This document shows, piece after piece, positions 1-13,497 of a DNA stretch of 64,000 nt (positions are counted from its first letter, which is position 1; every line of letters starts with the position of its first letter). The stretch spans positions 201,006,001 to 201,070,000 of the forward strand of contig NC_086097.1 of NCBI RefSeq assembly GCF_963921235.1, read 5' to 3'. Source of the DNA: Mobula hypostoma (Eukaryota). The position numbers and the translations under genes were made by a program. The notes under the pieces are model-generated. The model searched no databases. It was not told where the DNA came from and saw only the letters and a program-made list of their open reading frames with translations.

Positions 1-200
1 CCCTCCCTGCCATTGAGCACATCCACACAAAACATTGTCACAGGAAAGCAGCATCCACTATCGGGGACCCCCACCACCAGGACATGCTCTTCTCATTGTG
101 GCCATCGGGAAGAAGTACAGGAGCCTTAGGACTCACACCACTAGATGAAGGAACAGTTACTACCCCTCAACCATCAGGCTCTTGAACCAAAGGGGATAAC
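1..200 (+). mobile_element. Rex1/Babar-type LINE, 3' end fragment
   Basis: Translates as degenerate ...RKAASTIGDPHH.GHALFSL.PSGRRYRSLRTHTT..., the same C-terminal motif as the Rex copy at 18.9-19.1 kb. Confidence 0.8.
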
Positions 201-479
201 TTCACTTGCTCCATCATTGAGAATTTAAAACTTGAAATGTATGATTATCATTTTATGCTTTCTTCAAATGTTTCACCATGGAGAACAATTGAACTGATGG
301 TGGGACAGATTACACAGAAGAGTGTCATGTGGAAAACAAACCAAAGCCGATTCTCGCTGTATAACAATATGATGAAACAAATAGCAGAATGAGTGACACA
401 TGTCAGTAAAAAGAGGACCAGAGTGAATTTAGTAAACTGAATGGAGAGACAATAAAAAAGATGATAACAGAGAAAACAT

Positions 480-1195
480 GACAATAAAATAGCAATTAGC
501 ATATTTAGTAAAATAAGATTATTCTATAGATATGTAAGTTGTGAGTGATTAGTGAAAGGAGTTGTTAAGGAGGACAAATTAGGGACAATGAAGGCCACAT
601 TTGCATAGAGCCAATGATTGGAATACCTTTAAGGAAGACGATGTTGCCAAAATATCAGAGGAAGGGAGGCTGGTAGAAATAATTAATGGGTGAATATTGG
701 TAATGAGCTGGTTCTAGAAAAGCTGGCCATGCCTAAGATAAAATTACCTAGCCTAATAGGAATATAGCCTATGTTGCTGAAGGAAATATATTACATTATC
801 TTTGCTTCCTTTCAGGCAGGGCTGTTCACCGTGACTTTTTTTATGATACAGCTTTAACACTTGGAAATAGTTGTGCAGGATAACACTTTAAAATTGGTCC
901 ATGGCACAGGATGTGGAAGTGTAATAAAGGAAATCATATAATGCAGACTGCATTGAGGTGGCAAAATGGATAGACAAGTGTCAAATGATACTTAATACAG
1001 GAAGATGTTGATTTTACGGTTTGATAGAAAAATCAAAATGATTGACTTGGTTTAAAGATATCAGACACTTCCACTTCTCCAATCAGGTGTATGGGGTTGT
1101 GTGGGATCCAGGATCAGCCATGATGGAATGGCGGAGCAGACTCAATGGGCTGAATGGCCTAATTCTGCTCCTATATTTTATGCATTTATGTTCTA
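480..1195 (+). mobile_element. Highly degenerate CR1 LINE fragments plus CR1 3' UTR
   Basis: CR1 3' UTR motif gatcagccatgatggaatggcggagcagactcaatgggctgaatggcctaattctgctcct at about 1110-1175; upstream CR1 similarity is weak. Confidence 0.5.
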
Positions 1196-1729
1196 ATCCT
1201 ACACCTTATCAGACATGCTCCTTTAACCTTGATTCAAGGCCTCCCTTCAGACACATTCTTCAGACAACATTAGAGACTGGAGGAAGTCTCAGTGCAAGAA
1301 GCTGCCATATTTCCTTACAGGGCCTGAGGGCATTCTTGCTCCTGCCTTCAAACGATAGATTATTTAAATAGTTTCATTTCCTGTGGCTCTTTGATCTCCG
1401 ATCCACTCAGCGAGAGGCTTTAAAGTCAAGGAAGGGCAAAACATTGACGATATCATAGCACTTAAACAGTGGACCTGATATTGTGTCATGTCTTCATCAG
1501 CATTTGCTTCTAAAATTAATTAATCAGGAACATCAAAGGTGATAAGTAAATGAAATAGTTGGTTAAAAAGCTACTGAAAAGTGTACTACTCAAATTTCCC
1601 AACTTTCTTCATGCTACCAGATCCCTTTGTAACCGTCACCAACCTTACTCCATTACCAGTATATCTGAACAGTTCTTCCAGCCTGTTACTCTGACAGGCA
1701 TGTAGTGTCTGCAAGATGTTTAAAGATGC

Positions 1730-4230
1730 AGTATTAGTTTATTATTGTTACTTGTACCAAGATACAGTGAAAAGCTGTCTTGGTTATTGCTTATACAGAT
1801 CAACTCATTATATAATGCAATAAACTAGAATAAGTTAAAGCAATAACATTGCAGAATGTAGTGTAGAAGCTACTGAAAAAATGCAATGCAGGGAAACGAC
1901 AAAGTGCAAGACCACAATGAGGGAGGTCGTGAGATAGAGTCCACCTTTTATCAGTGATTTGGATGATGGAATTAATGGCTTTGGGGTCATGTTTGCGGAA
2001 TATACGAAGATAGGTGGAGGGGCAGGTAGTATTGAGGAAACAGAGAGTCTGCAAAAGGAATTAGACATATTAGAAGAATGGGCAAAGAAGTGACAGATGG
2101 AATATAGTGTAGGGAAGTGTGTAGTCATACACATTAATAGAAGGAATAAAGGCATAGTCTATTTTCGAAGTGAGGAGAAAACTCAGAAATCAAAGGTGCA
2201 AAGTAACTTGGGAGTCTGTGTGCAGGATTTTGTAAAGGTTAACTTGCAGGGGCTTTATAAGGCATTGGTCAGACTGCACTTGGAGTACTGAGAGCAGTTT
2301 TTGGCCCTTTATCGAAGAAAGGATATGCTGACACTGGAGAGAGTCCAGAGGAGGTTCACACAAATGATGCCAGGAATGAAAGGCATAATATAATGTATGA
2401 AGAGTGTTTGATGGCTCTGGGCCTGTACTCATTGGAGTTTAGAAGAATGAGGAGGGATCTCATTGAACCCTATCAAATATTGAAAGGCCCAGGCAGAGTG
2501 GATGTGGAAAGAATATTTGCCATAGTGGGGGAGTCTAGGACCAGAGGGCATAGCGTCAGAATAGAAGGATGTCCATTTACAGCAGAGATGAGGAGGAATT
2601 TCTTCAGCCAGAGGGTGGTGAATCTGTGGAATTCACTGCCACAGACAGCTGTGGAAGCCAAGTCATTGGGTATATTTAAAGCAGACGTTGATAGTTTCTT
2701 TGTTAGTAAGGGCATCAAAGGCTATGGAGGCAAGGCAGGAGAATTGGGTTGAAATGAATAATAAATCAACCATCATGGAATGGTGGAGAAGACATGATGG
2801 GCTGAATGGCCTAATTGTGCTCCTGTGTCTTATGGTCTTATGATACAAGAGGTCTGTTCAAGTTACTGATAAAAATAGAATATAAACTGTTCTTGTGCCT
2901 AGTGCTTTCAGTCTTTTGTATCCTCTGGCCGATGAGAAAGGGGTGGATGGAGTCTTTGATCACGCTGGCTGCTTTACTCAGGCAGTGAGAAGTCTAGATA
3001 TAGTCCATAAAGAGGAGGCTGGTTGCTGAGATGTGCTGTGCTCTGTCCACAACTCTGCAGTTTCTTGAGGTCATGTGCAAAGCAGTTGCCATACCAAGCC
3101 ATGATGCATCCAGAGAGAATGCTTCCTACGGTGCGTCGATAAAAATAGTAAGAGTCATAGGGACATGCCAAATTTCTTTCGCCTCCTGAGGAAGCAGAGG
3201 TGTTGGTGAGCTTTCTCAGCTGTGAGACATATTTAACCTCCCCCTGATGTTGGATCAGGACAGGCTATTGATGATCACACCTTGAAAGTGGAACCTCTCA
3301 ACCACTGATGTTGACAGGAGCATGCCTACTTTAGCCCTTTCCAAAATCAGTGGCCAGCTCTTTTATTTTGTTGACGCTGCTGGAAAGTTTGTTGTCATGA
3401 CATCATGTTACTAAGCTCTCTATCATCCCTCTTGTACCCCGACTCATTATTACTACAGTGATTTCATCTGCAACCTTGTAGGGGGCATTAGAGCAGAATC
3501 TGGCCACACACTCATGAACATACAACCTAGTGGAGCACCAGTGTTTAGAATTATCGTGACAGAGATTTTGCTGCCTATCCTAAGCAATGGTCATCTGTTG
3601 GTCTGAAGGTCAAGTGTCCAATTGCAGATGTTGGCATTTACTCCCAAGGTCCTTGGTTGAGTGATGAGTTTGCTTGGAATAATAGTATAAAGGCAGATAT
3701 GCAGTCAATAATCAATAGTCTGATGGAGGTGCCTTTACTATCTAGCTAATCCAGAGGTGAATATACAGTTGGTCAAGGGTATGGCATCTGCCAAACTCCT
3801 GCTTTGGCAATAGGCGAAATGCAGAGGGTAGAGGTTGTCTGGAAAGCTGCAGTTGATTAGTGCTATGAACAACTTCTCAGAACACTTCATGATGGTAGAT
3901 GTTAGAGCCACTGGAAGATAGTCATTAAGGTACATTATTTTGTTTCTCTTGCATACCGCAACGGCAGCTATCTTCTTAAAGCAGGGGTGATCTACAGCCT
4001 GAAGTGGGGGGGGGGGTTAAAAATGCCTGCAAATACCCCTGCCAGCTGGACCGCACAAGATCTAAGGTTACGGCTAGGGACAACATCCGAGCTCGATGCT
4101 TTCCACATGTTCACCCTCTGGAAGACTGATTTTATATCAACGATGATGACTGTAGTTTCAGGTGCAGTGGAAACTGTCAGCAGGGGTTGTGATACACCTG
4201 CTCCTTTCTGTTGAAAACATGCACAAAATG
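1730..4230 (-). mobile_element. Rex1/Babar LINE (degenerate), interrupted by a CR1 at about 1950-2842
   Basis: Minus-strand ORF fragments LNDYLPVALTSTIMKC, LHFAY and SILSGCIMAWYGN; the 3' tail near 1730-1945 resumes at 2843. Confidence 0.8.
1950..2842 (+). mobile_element. CR1 LINE 3' fragment (RT C-terminus and 3' UTR)
   Basis: [43 protein letters not shown]; tail cttatggtcttatg. Confidence 0.9.
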
Positions 4231-6294
4231 TGAATGGTGCAGCCTTGTGAAGTGGTTGTGAGATATGGCACACAACAATCGCTCAGTTCTTATTGGTAGA
4301 TCACTTTTGTCTTTAGTTCATTAACTTTGTTCTCGATCACCTGGACAATAACTAATCGTATGCTGGTGACTGATATTTGAACACACACTGTTTCAGCTTC
4401 CTCTGCAGCCCAGTCCTCTTGCCACACTTACAAAGTAACTGCTGGCTCTAAGGGTTGGGCCTCACCTGGGGTCAGACCTTGGCCTCAGCTGCCTCTGTGA
4501 GTTGAGTCACAACTTGGGCTTCACATCAAGTCAGGCTCTGATCGTGCACTCTGCTGCCTCTGTGCATCTGGTTTCATGTCAAAGGCCTCAGGCCTTTGGC
4601 CAAGCTGTCTCTGATGAGTGGGTCTTCTGGTGGAGCAAGCCTTGGGATCGAAGTCAGGTGCTCAGCTGGTTAAGTCTTCACTCTGGTAGGACCCTAGGTT
4701 TCTTCTTCTGGGATCAGTTCTCAATGGCAGGTGTTTGCTGAGGTTGACAACAGCTTGCACATGGATGGGCCCATTCTGGGCATCGCTATTTTGTCATTGC
4801 TGAATCCATTGCTGTGTTATTGCTGTGGTACATACCCATCCCACTACCCAAAAAGCTTTCTGTTCACTATTTATCATTCTCTAGATAGCATGGGTTACAA
4901 AAGAGCTCCAAATTGTACACAGAATGTTGACACAGATTTCAGGATGCAGCATGTTACTTGACTTCTGTAAAAAAACAAATAAGCTGTGTCAGACATATAA
5001 TTCTTTTTCACCTCTATACAAAAAGCTCAAGGTTATACAACTAATCTAGTTTCACTTAATATGCTGAAATTTTTAACTTGCCTTGCTGACAAAACTGTTT
5101 ATTGGGCATCAAGTAGCAGCTGAACCTCCTCTGGGCAAATTTAATAGGGCTAAAATGCATGTCAATGATAGAACTGGTTGCCAAGATTCATTATCACAAG
5201 AAGCAGCAGCTTTTGGATTATTCTATCTATCAAAAATAAATCAATAAAACAAAGTGTTCAAAACTTAATCTGCAGGAATTTCCCATCCTTGGAAGTGTGT
5301 CCAAAACATATAGCGATGGATTTTTCACCTGTTATCCATCCCACATGTATTGCCCAGAAGTGGTTGATGGAACAGGAAATGGATGGGGTATATGTCTGCC
5401 AGGTAACATAATAATACTAGCTTATACTCACACCAGTTTTATATATTTCTTCTGCGTACAAACAAGCAAATCCACTATAATAGAGCAGGAAAATACAAGA
5501 CTTTATGTTTGTACTATGTAATTTAACATATGCAAATAATAAATAACAAGTAGAAAATTTTGCGATTAACAAAGTTTATTCCACAGATCCAGAGGTCAAG
5601 TTGCTTCCAGTTACATGATGCTACCAATCTGGTATCTTTCCAGTCCAATGCTGGAAGTCCAGAGGTCACCATTGTTAGCACATGTTGTCAGACTAACTGC
5701 AATGTTCCAGATGATAAATTTCTGCAGTTTAACTGGTTACCTTTAGTGGAATTTCTGTCTGTATGCACAAATATGAAAAAAACTTAAATGATTAGCATTT
5801 AAGGAAAATGCAAATTAAATTTTAAAAATTATTAAAAACACATATATGCAAATATATCGACATTGTTTTCCTTTCTTTGTTCCCAGCACCTTTGTTTTGC
5901 TCTCATGTTTGCATTTAGTTTTGTATTTTTCCCATCGATTTTTTTCTTTTCTCTGGCTTTCTTTGATGGAATAATTTTCTCTCCTTAAGTGGATAGCCCA
6001 GTTTGTTCGATGGAATAGGCACTGAAGTATTGTTGTTAGATAAATGTGCTGTTGCTTAACATCCAATTGCTGTTTTTCATTTACACCTGTGTTGAAGAGA
6101 ATTAGACACCACTGAACAAAGAGCAGACGGTAAGCACAGTGTTTCTAATGTACTTAACCAAACAGCTAAAGCACTGCCTGAAGAGACTGGTCACATCAGC
6201 AACATTAGAACAAATAGCTTTGGACGCTTTAGGAGATGAACCTGTCTTCATTTTGTACTAATGTTGTTAATAAAGGCATTTCATGACTCTAATC

Positions 6295-6520
6295 CAGAAT
6301 AGAGTCATCGTGCCATAGCGTTATACATCATGGAAGCAGACTCTTTGGCCCATGCCAACCAAGGTGCTTTCCTGAGCTGGTTACATTTGCCTGCATTTGG
6401 CCCTCATCCCTTGAAGGCTTTCCTATTCACAATACTGTCCAAATGTCTTTGAAACATTCTAATTATAGCTGCCTCTACTTCCTCCGGCAGCGTGTTCCAT
6501 ATACCCATCTCCTGTCACTC
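6295..6520 (-). mobile_element. Short degenerate CR1 3' fragment
   Basis: Resembles the reverse complement of the CR1 3' UTR and ORF2 end. Confidence 0.5.
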
Positions 6521-8572
6521 CTTTGAAAGCAGCATAATGCACTCTTAAGAGGATGCACTTTTAAAAATGTAGGATATTTAATAAATTTAAAAAAGCACAA
6601 TTGTAAGGAATTTAAGAGTATTTTAGGACCATTTCTGATTTTTGTCATCGAGGGCTAACCCAAACATTCCCCGCTCAGGAAAATGATGCACCAAAGGTTC
6701 CATGTTCTCTTCTAACCACAGCCCTTTAATTGTGACCTGATAACAACTCTCACATTCCACAGAGCGTTCTGACTGGAATGGAGTGATAGTTTCTTTTGTC
6801 ACTCTGGCTATTTTTAAGGACCTTCTGATTAATTTCAACCACACCAGGATATTGTAACACCACCATTGCAAATAGGATGGTTTCTATAAACCAGATCACT
6901 TGAAAAATAGTATTCCACTTCTTTCTGTTGTCCCTATACTGATAGCCTAACTCGGTCTGTCAGCCAGCTCAATAGTGACACTTACGCAGCGACGATACAA
7001 TCCACAGCAGTCCTTTATAGAGTGAGAGCTACATTAAAGTAGTTCACTCAGGCCATTTGCAGTCTTCAACATTTAATAGGTAGACACTTAAATAAGGAAC
7101 ACAGGGAAGGATGTAGCCCTAAGGTGGGCAAATGTAATTATTGTAGGTGTACAAATAAGTCAGCAAGGACATTGTGGGTGAAAAAGGACCTTTTCCATGC
7201 TGCTTAAGTCTATGACTCTGTACCAACGTTACACAAAGCAAGCTGGACCCACTTAGACTGTGAGGAGGATCACTGGAGCAGGATACCAAGAAACTACTCG
7301 ATCTATGAACTTGATTTGGTTGATTTTTTTAGTGATGACTTTTATTTTCACATTGTAAACAAATATATGCAATAATGGTTAGTGAGAGAGGGGGCAGCAG
7401 GCGTGGGGCACTTGAAGAATATGAAACTAATGTTGCTTAGATTTGAATTATATTTGAATGAGCTTTTCACATATAGCCCTTCATGTCAATGCCAATCTAG
7501 ACTGTTGCCCTCTCCCTCTTTATCTGTACATGTCCTGCTCCTGTTCCTGCTACACAGTGGCTTTCAGGATAGCTGAAGGAAAGAGCAGTGCAGTTTGCAG
7601 AGGAACCCTGGTGAGTATTGCAGGACGTCTCTGAAGCAGCCCCAGGCAGCAATGCTGTTGTTTTTGCACATCAGTGATTCACTTTATCATATCTCATGTG
7701 TGGTTTGAATTTCTGCTATCCATGTATATCTGTGTGGATTGTAAGGCAGAATTATCAACCATGGTATCATCAGGTAGTCCTGGTCTTTCAGTAGCTACAC
7801 TTTGGTAGCTCAGATACAAACGGTAGTAGGTGTCATTAAACATCCAAGCCACCAGGCATTGAACAAGCTGATATTCAGTCCAGAGTCCCAAGCCTAGGCA
7901 GAACCTCCTGTTGAGAACTTTTCTCCTCCAATTCCTCCATCCTCTTCGATCATCTTGTCATGGTTGGTGACACTTCATTGTTTTTCCAGTCATGCTATAT
8001 TCCAAAGGGAATGTCGATTAATATATAGTGATGGGTTTGAGCAGATGTTTGAAGTCAGCAAATCATCCTTTAGCATCAACTATACTACCATGGAGAATCA
8101 AACTTTCAACAATTATACAAAGCAGCAGGATTGTATAGAATCATAATGACAGAAAAAAATCAATCTTCCATTAACAAATTAAGTGATTGATAATTCCTTC
8201 ACATTACACTGATTATAGGATCAGAGCATCTGATCTTAGCGTATGTGTAGATCAGCGAAGTTAGGAGAATATGTTGGCTAGTGATCCAAAGTAATTCATG
8301 TTGCACCAGTACTCTACAGCCTTGTCATGTGCTCTCCTGTAATACCCTTTCCCATAGTTTGGTGCGAATCTCGCTGTTAGTTTAGCATTTCAAGAACGCT
8401 TGTAATGCTTGGAAAATGGATACTAATGATGTGAATGTCATGTTGATTAAATCTGCTATTGTCATTGACACAAAATGTCCATGTTACATCATGCCAAATC
8501 TCTTAGCTTAAGATTCCCTATGATTTGTCTTCACTGGAGAAGCTACTTGGTTTATTTTGTGCCTCTTCTCGT

Positions 8573-9082
8573 TATAGAAACATAGAAACATAGAAAATAG
8601 GTGCAGGAGTAGGCCATTCGGCCCTTCAAGCCTGCACCGCCATTTATTATGATCATGGCTGATCATCCAACTCAGAACCCCGCCCCAGCCTTCCCTCCAT
8701 ACCCCCTGATCCCCCTAGCCACAAGGGCCATATCTAACTCCCTCTTAAATATAGCCAATGAACTGGCCTCAACTGTTTCCTGTGGCAGAGAATTCCACAG
8801 ATTCACCACTCTCTGTGTGAAGAAGTTTTTCCTAATCTCTGTCCTAAAAGGCTTCCCCTTTATCCTCAAACTGTGACCCCTTGTTCTGGACTTCCCCAAC
8901 ATCGGGAACAATCTTCCTGCATCTAGCCTGTCCAATCCCTTTAGGATTTTATACGTTTCAATCAGATCCCCCCTCAATCTTCTAAATTCCAACGAGTACA
9001 AGCCCAGTTCATCCAGTCTTTCTTCATATGAAAGTCCTGCCATCCCAGGAATCAATCTGGTGAACCTTCTTTGTACTCCCTC
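8573..9082 (-). mobile_element. Young 5'-truncated CR1 LINE
   Basis: Uninterrupted ORF EGVQRRFTRLIPGMAGLSYEERL...VVNLWNSLP; microsatellite tail (atagaaac)n at 8573-8595. Confidence 0.93.
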
Positions 9083-9359
9083 AAGCATCTCTACTTGTGT
9101 TTTTACTTTCCTTCCTTTTACCATTCTTTCATTCACTTCATAGCCCCTTCGTGGTTGCAATCTGCTTGCTGATTCACAGGTTGTGGAATTAGTTTAGTGC
9201 TGAGGTGAGTGGAGGTATCCACATTGGCTCAGGAGCCTGGTGGTTGAAGGGTAATTACTGTTTCTGAAGCTAGTAGTGTGGGACCTAAGACTCCTGTACC
9301 TCCTTCGTGATTGTAGTGGGTACGGAGAGGGTTCAGTTTATTTTTCCTGAATTAAAATC

Positions 9360-9465
9360 TATTTATTTAGTATCTTTCACAATCTTGGAGTCTCTAAGTG
9401 CTTTACAGCAAAAAGTACTATTGAACTGTAGTTACTATTGCAACGTTGGAACCAGTACTGCAGCA
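9360..9465 (-). mobile_element. Degenerate L2-tailed (DeuSINE-like) SINE 3' end
   Basis: aagtgctttacagcaaaaagtactattgaactgtagttactattg resembles the DeuSINE/L2 tail; recognised from memory only. Confidence 0.4.
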
Positions 9466-11280
9466 CTATCAGTGTAATGGCACAGATTCATTTCCATAAA
9501 CGTATGCAGCAAATCAACTGCTTGAATAAAGAGCAGAGCAATATACATGAGAAGGTCTGAATGCAGATACCAAGGAAAGGATCTGAGTTAGACTCACTAG
9601 CTACAGTATATCAGCCATCTAATTCATTGTTCTGTATTTTTCAAAGTATACATAATTTACTTTGCTGAGAAAAACATTCCACATCTTGACATGTAGCATT
9701 TTTGAGCTTTGTTTCTGCCTAGCTGTAGCCAGTTACAATACTACATAAAATGATGCATGACCAGGAATAAGCTTCAGTTAATTTGAATCAATCAATCCAA
9801 ACTGCTTGCATTTGCTCACGTAAAATAGGGTCAAGTGAAAAAAAAATTGTTGCAGGGTGACTGAGCACCATGTTGTCAAGGCTTTCTAACAATAAGCTAA
9901 ATCAGTCACTGATAACGCATATTGAGAGCATGTGGGTATCCACGGATACCCATTGACAGGCTGCCTGGAAGAGAAGAGAATGGTAGTTGCTTCGGTGGAA
10001 AATTCTTCATGATTGTAATGTGCTGCATATGCTACTGATAGAGCTGTACATAGCTGCTGTATGCTTACAATTACCCTCACCCCAGAAAGAAGCATGGTGG
10101 CAAAGGATGGCTAAAATGCATGTAAAATTTTCATTGGAGAATGGAAATAGATAGTTAACTCTCTGAAGTTTTATTCAATTTTGATATCCTGAATGAATAC
10201 TTATACTGAAGTTCAAATGCAATTTAGCATTAGGACTGACACATACCACAATCAGACACAGACAGAGAGTGATTTAAAATTAATATGTACCAACACTCCT
10301 CTTATATAATTGCTTCAAGCAACAAATGTTTATTGAAACTCAGAACAAATAATATGTGGTAGGTATGTAATAGTTTTTGGAACAAATTAATTAGGAGTAA
10401 TGTAGTATTTGAATGTACAATGCAGTGGGCTAAATGGGGCTGGATGTCACATCTTGCATAGAAACCTGTTTCAGTCACTGCTCTTCACTCAGTTTCAATC
10501 AAGCCCGAGGGGAAATGCTAAAGGTTTGTTCTCTGCTATGCTTTTTAAAGAACCAATTAATGATAGCAATGGAGACCACTTTTTAAAGATTCATCAGCAT
10601 ATAATGCGTACAATTCGAATTGATAAATAACAATTGTTTAACCTTATAGTTTTCATAATTCTTCCTCCAAAACAATAAATAGATACTGTAGTCAAAAAGT
10701 CCATTAGCTCTCTCTAAGGACCAACACTCTGATAATTCAGTGATCCTGGGTCTGTTGTGGTCTAAATTCTGTGCTGTTTTATCCCTCATCCAGTGCCAGA
10801 GAAGAACATTTTGTAAAATATCAACAATAGATTAATGAAATGGAGGGATTATTTTGATCGTCATTTAACTGCAGTAACATGAAGGTGAGATTAAATCTTT
10901 GAACTTTAAAAATCAGCAGATGAAACTACCACAGCATGTAGCATAGCTGCTGAATCAGATGGAAAATGGAGGGAAGCAGTGAGCACTTCCTCATTTAGGC
11001 TGCAGGCATATTCTGACATGTACAAGGACAAGAATAAAGGCAAATTGGGTGGTCCTCAACTGAACACCCTAGATTTCAGGAATTTAATGATAAGTCTGAC
11101 CCATTAGAGCTTTTCAACATAAGTCACATTCCTGTAGTGCATTACAAAAGCCTTTGGAAACTATGAAATGCAATCTAAATTCAATTTGTATAACTGAATT
11201 TTTTTTTCAGATTTCTCTTTTTTTTTACAGTGATTGTAGACTCTACCTTGATTAATCTGTGAGATTTAGTTTCTCTAGAA

Positions 11281-11357
11281 GGGATTCCCAACCTGGGGCC
11301 ACAGACCCCTTGGTTAATGGTAGTGGTCCATGGCATAAAAAAGGTTGCAAGTCCCTG
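11281..11357. mobile_element. hAT/Charlie-type MITE, about 77 bp
   Basis: Imperfect TIRs gggattcccaacc / ggttgcaagtccctg; 8-bp TSD ctctagaa at 11273-11280 and 11358-11365 matches the NTCTAGAN Charlie preference. Confidence 0.8.
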
Positions 11358-11649
11358 CTCTAGAAGGTATATTGATGAATTATGGACAACAGAATTCACT
11401 TGGACACATTCATATCAGATGAATGCCAACATAGCAGGGTAAGTTGCGACAGGTATTTCATTGGCAAGATTGTTGGTGGATGTGATGCTGATGCCAGCAG
11501 GAGATTTGTTGAGTGGTCATATATAGCTTTCACCCCTTTTTTTTCCTGTTCACACAAGTCAATGCGTGCTCAGTGTTTGAAAAGACCTCACCGAACCAAG
11601 GCAAGCTTCAGGGGTCATCATCTCCAAGATGAGTTGCTGGTTCACTTCT

Positions 11650-12200
11650 CAGAATCAGAATCAAAAATCAGGTTCATTATCACTAAATGTAGCAGAAGTA
11701 CAATGCAAAAACATAAAAATTGCTATAAATGCCAAAATAAATAAATAGTACAAAGAAAAAGGGAACAAAGAGGTAGTATGCACTGAATCATGGGCCAGTC
11801 AGAAGTTTGATGGTGGAAGGGAAGAAGAATGTGGGCTCTCTTGTTCCCTCCTTTTTGATGGTAGTAACAAGAAGAGCACATGTCCCGGATGGTGAGGGTT
11901 TTTAGTGATGTATGCAGCCTTCTTGAGACCTGGGGAGAGATGTGCTGGGTCTACAGCCCTCTGGAGGCTGAGATGCTTCATACATCTAGAGAAACTTGCA
12001 GGAGTTCTTGGTGACAAACCAAATCTCCTCATATTCCTAACGAAGTAAAGCCACTGAAGTGCCTGCTCCATGGTTGCATTAATGTTCTGGGCCCAAGAGA
12101 GATTCTCTCAGATGCTGACACCCAGAGACTTAAATCTGCTCACCCTTTCCACTGCTGACCCCTTGATGACGATTAGTGTGGGTTCTCCAAGCTTCCCCTT
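11650..12200 (-). mobile_element. Rex1/Babar LINE 3' fragment
   Basis: ORF LYFVRNMRRFG...NPHHPGHVLFLLLPS; (cagaat)n tail at 11650. Confidence 0.8.
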
Positions 12201-12231
12201 TTTAAACAACAGACACAAAATGCTGGAGGAC

Positions 12232-13175
12232 TATACTGTTATATGCTCCAAGAATTAGGATGCACATAGTACGTGGTGATAGAGGTGGGAGGAGAGGGAG
12301 TGGGCAGAGCTGAGAATGGGTGAAAAGAAATCAGACACCAAAGATAAAAAATTTGGATAATCATAAGTAGAAGGCTTGTGGGTGGGGTGCAGGTCGGACC
12401 AAGGACATGGGCAATCATAGGGTCAAGGACACCAGATTGAGTCAAAGCCTAGGACTCAGCATGGTAGGCTCAGATATGTGGGAATGAGATTGGAGGGTGA
12501 TGTGGTAGTGATGTTTTGTGCAGACAGGTGGCCAGAGGACTTAAGCTTAAGGTTATTGTTTTAAGCAGCAGCCATTCTAGTCCAATTAGGTTTTTCTGTT
12601 CTGAAATGACAAGACCTAATTGTCTCATGTGCACCCAAGTTCTTCTGCAATGCTGAGAGGAAGACCTGCACGGGGAACCTTGTCAAATGCCTTACTAAAA
12701 TTGATATGCACCACATCCAGGGCTTTGCATTCATAAGTATATTTGGTACTTCCTCAGAGTTCGATCAGGCTTATGGGACATGATCTATCCTTCAGAAAGT
12801 CATGCTGACTATCCTTAATCAGACTTCTCCAAATGCTCATGTATCCCATCTCTAAGAATCCACTCCAATAGTTCGCCCACTACTGATGAGAGTATCACTA
12901 GTCTGTAACTCCCATGGTAAGGTTATCTTTCTTGAACAAAAGAATAACATTTGCACCCTCCAATCTTTTGATTCTACTCCTGTGGCCTGTAAGGTTGCAA
13001 AGATCATCGTCAAAGGCACAACAAACTCTTCCCTCGCCTCCTGTAGTAAGCTGGAGTACATCCCATCTGGCCCCAGGGACTTGGGTATCCTAATGTTTTT
13101 CAAGAGTTCCAGTGCATCCTCTTTCTTAACCTCAGGATGTTTCAGCATATTAGCTTGTTCTTCGCAGACCCCACA
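12232..13175 (-). repeat. Left arm of an old inverted (fold-back) duplication: about 440 bp of unassigned sequence plus a CR1 RT fragment
   Basis: Its reverse complement aligns by eye to 13465-13497, 16665-17226 and 20252-20557. Confidence 0.85.
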
Positions 13176-13497
13176 TTCATTTGTTGAGGAATCAAAGATC
13201 AGTCAGACCCCTTAAGAGCTGTAAGGTAGCCAGGAAAGAGCTCAAGAAAGAACAAAGGGGAACTAGAAAGGGGCATGAGAAGGATTTGGCAAGGAAATTA
13301 GGGAAAACCTCAAAATGGTCCATACATACATGTAAAACAGAAGGATGATTAGATTGAGGGTGGACCACTCAGGGATGAAAGAGAAATCATGTGCCTGGTG
13401 TTGAAGGAGGTTAGGAGGTCCTTAATGAATACTTTGCTTCCACCAGTGAGAGGGACCTTCATGTCCAGGCTAATATGATGAAACGGGTTGAGGTTAA

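Noticed and set aside
5276..5787. Possible two-exon pair (ag|5276-5402|gt, then an acceptor at about 5586)
   Set aside because: Splice-like dinucleotides and open frames exist, but the peptides resemble no protein I recognise and the polypyrimidine tracts are weak; needs RNA-seq or BLASTX
7558..7610. 53-nt candidate exon with a good acceptor and a gtgagt donor (VAFRIAEGKSSAVCRGTL)
   Set aside because: Isolated, with no recognisable homology or partner exons; such sites occur by chance
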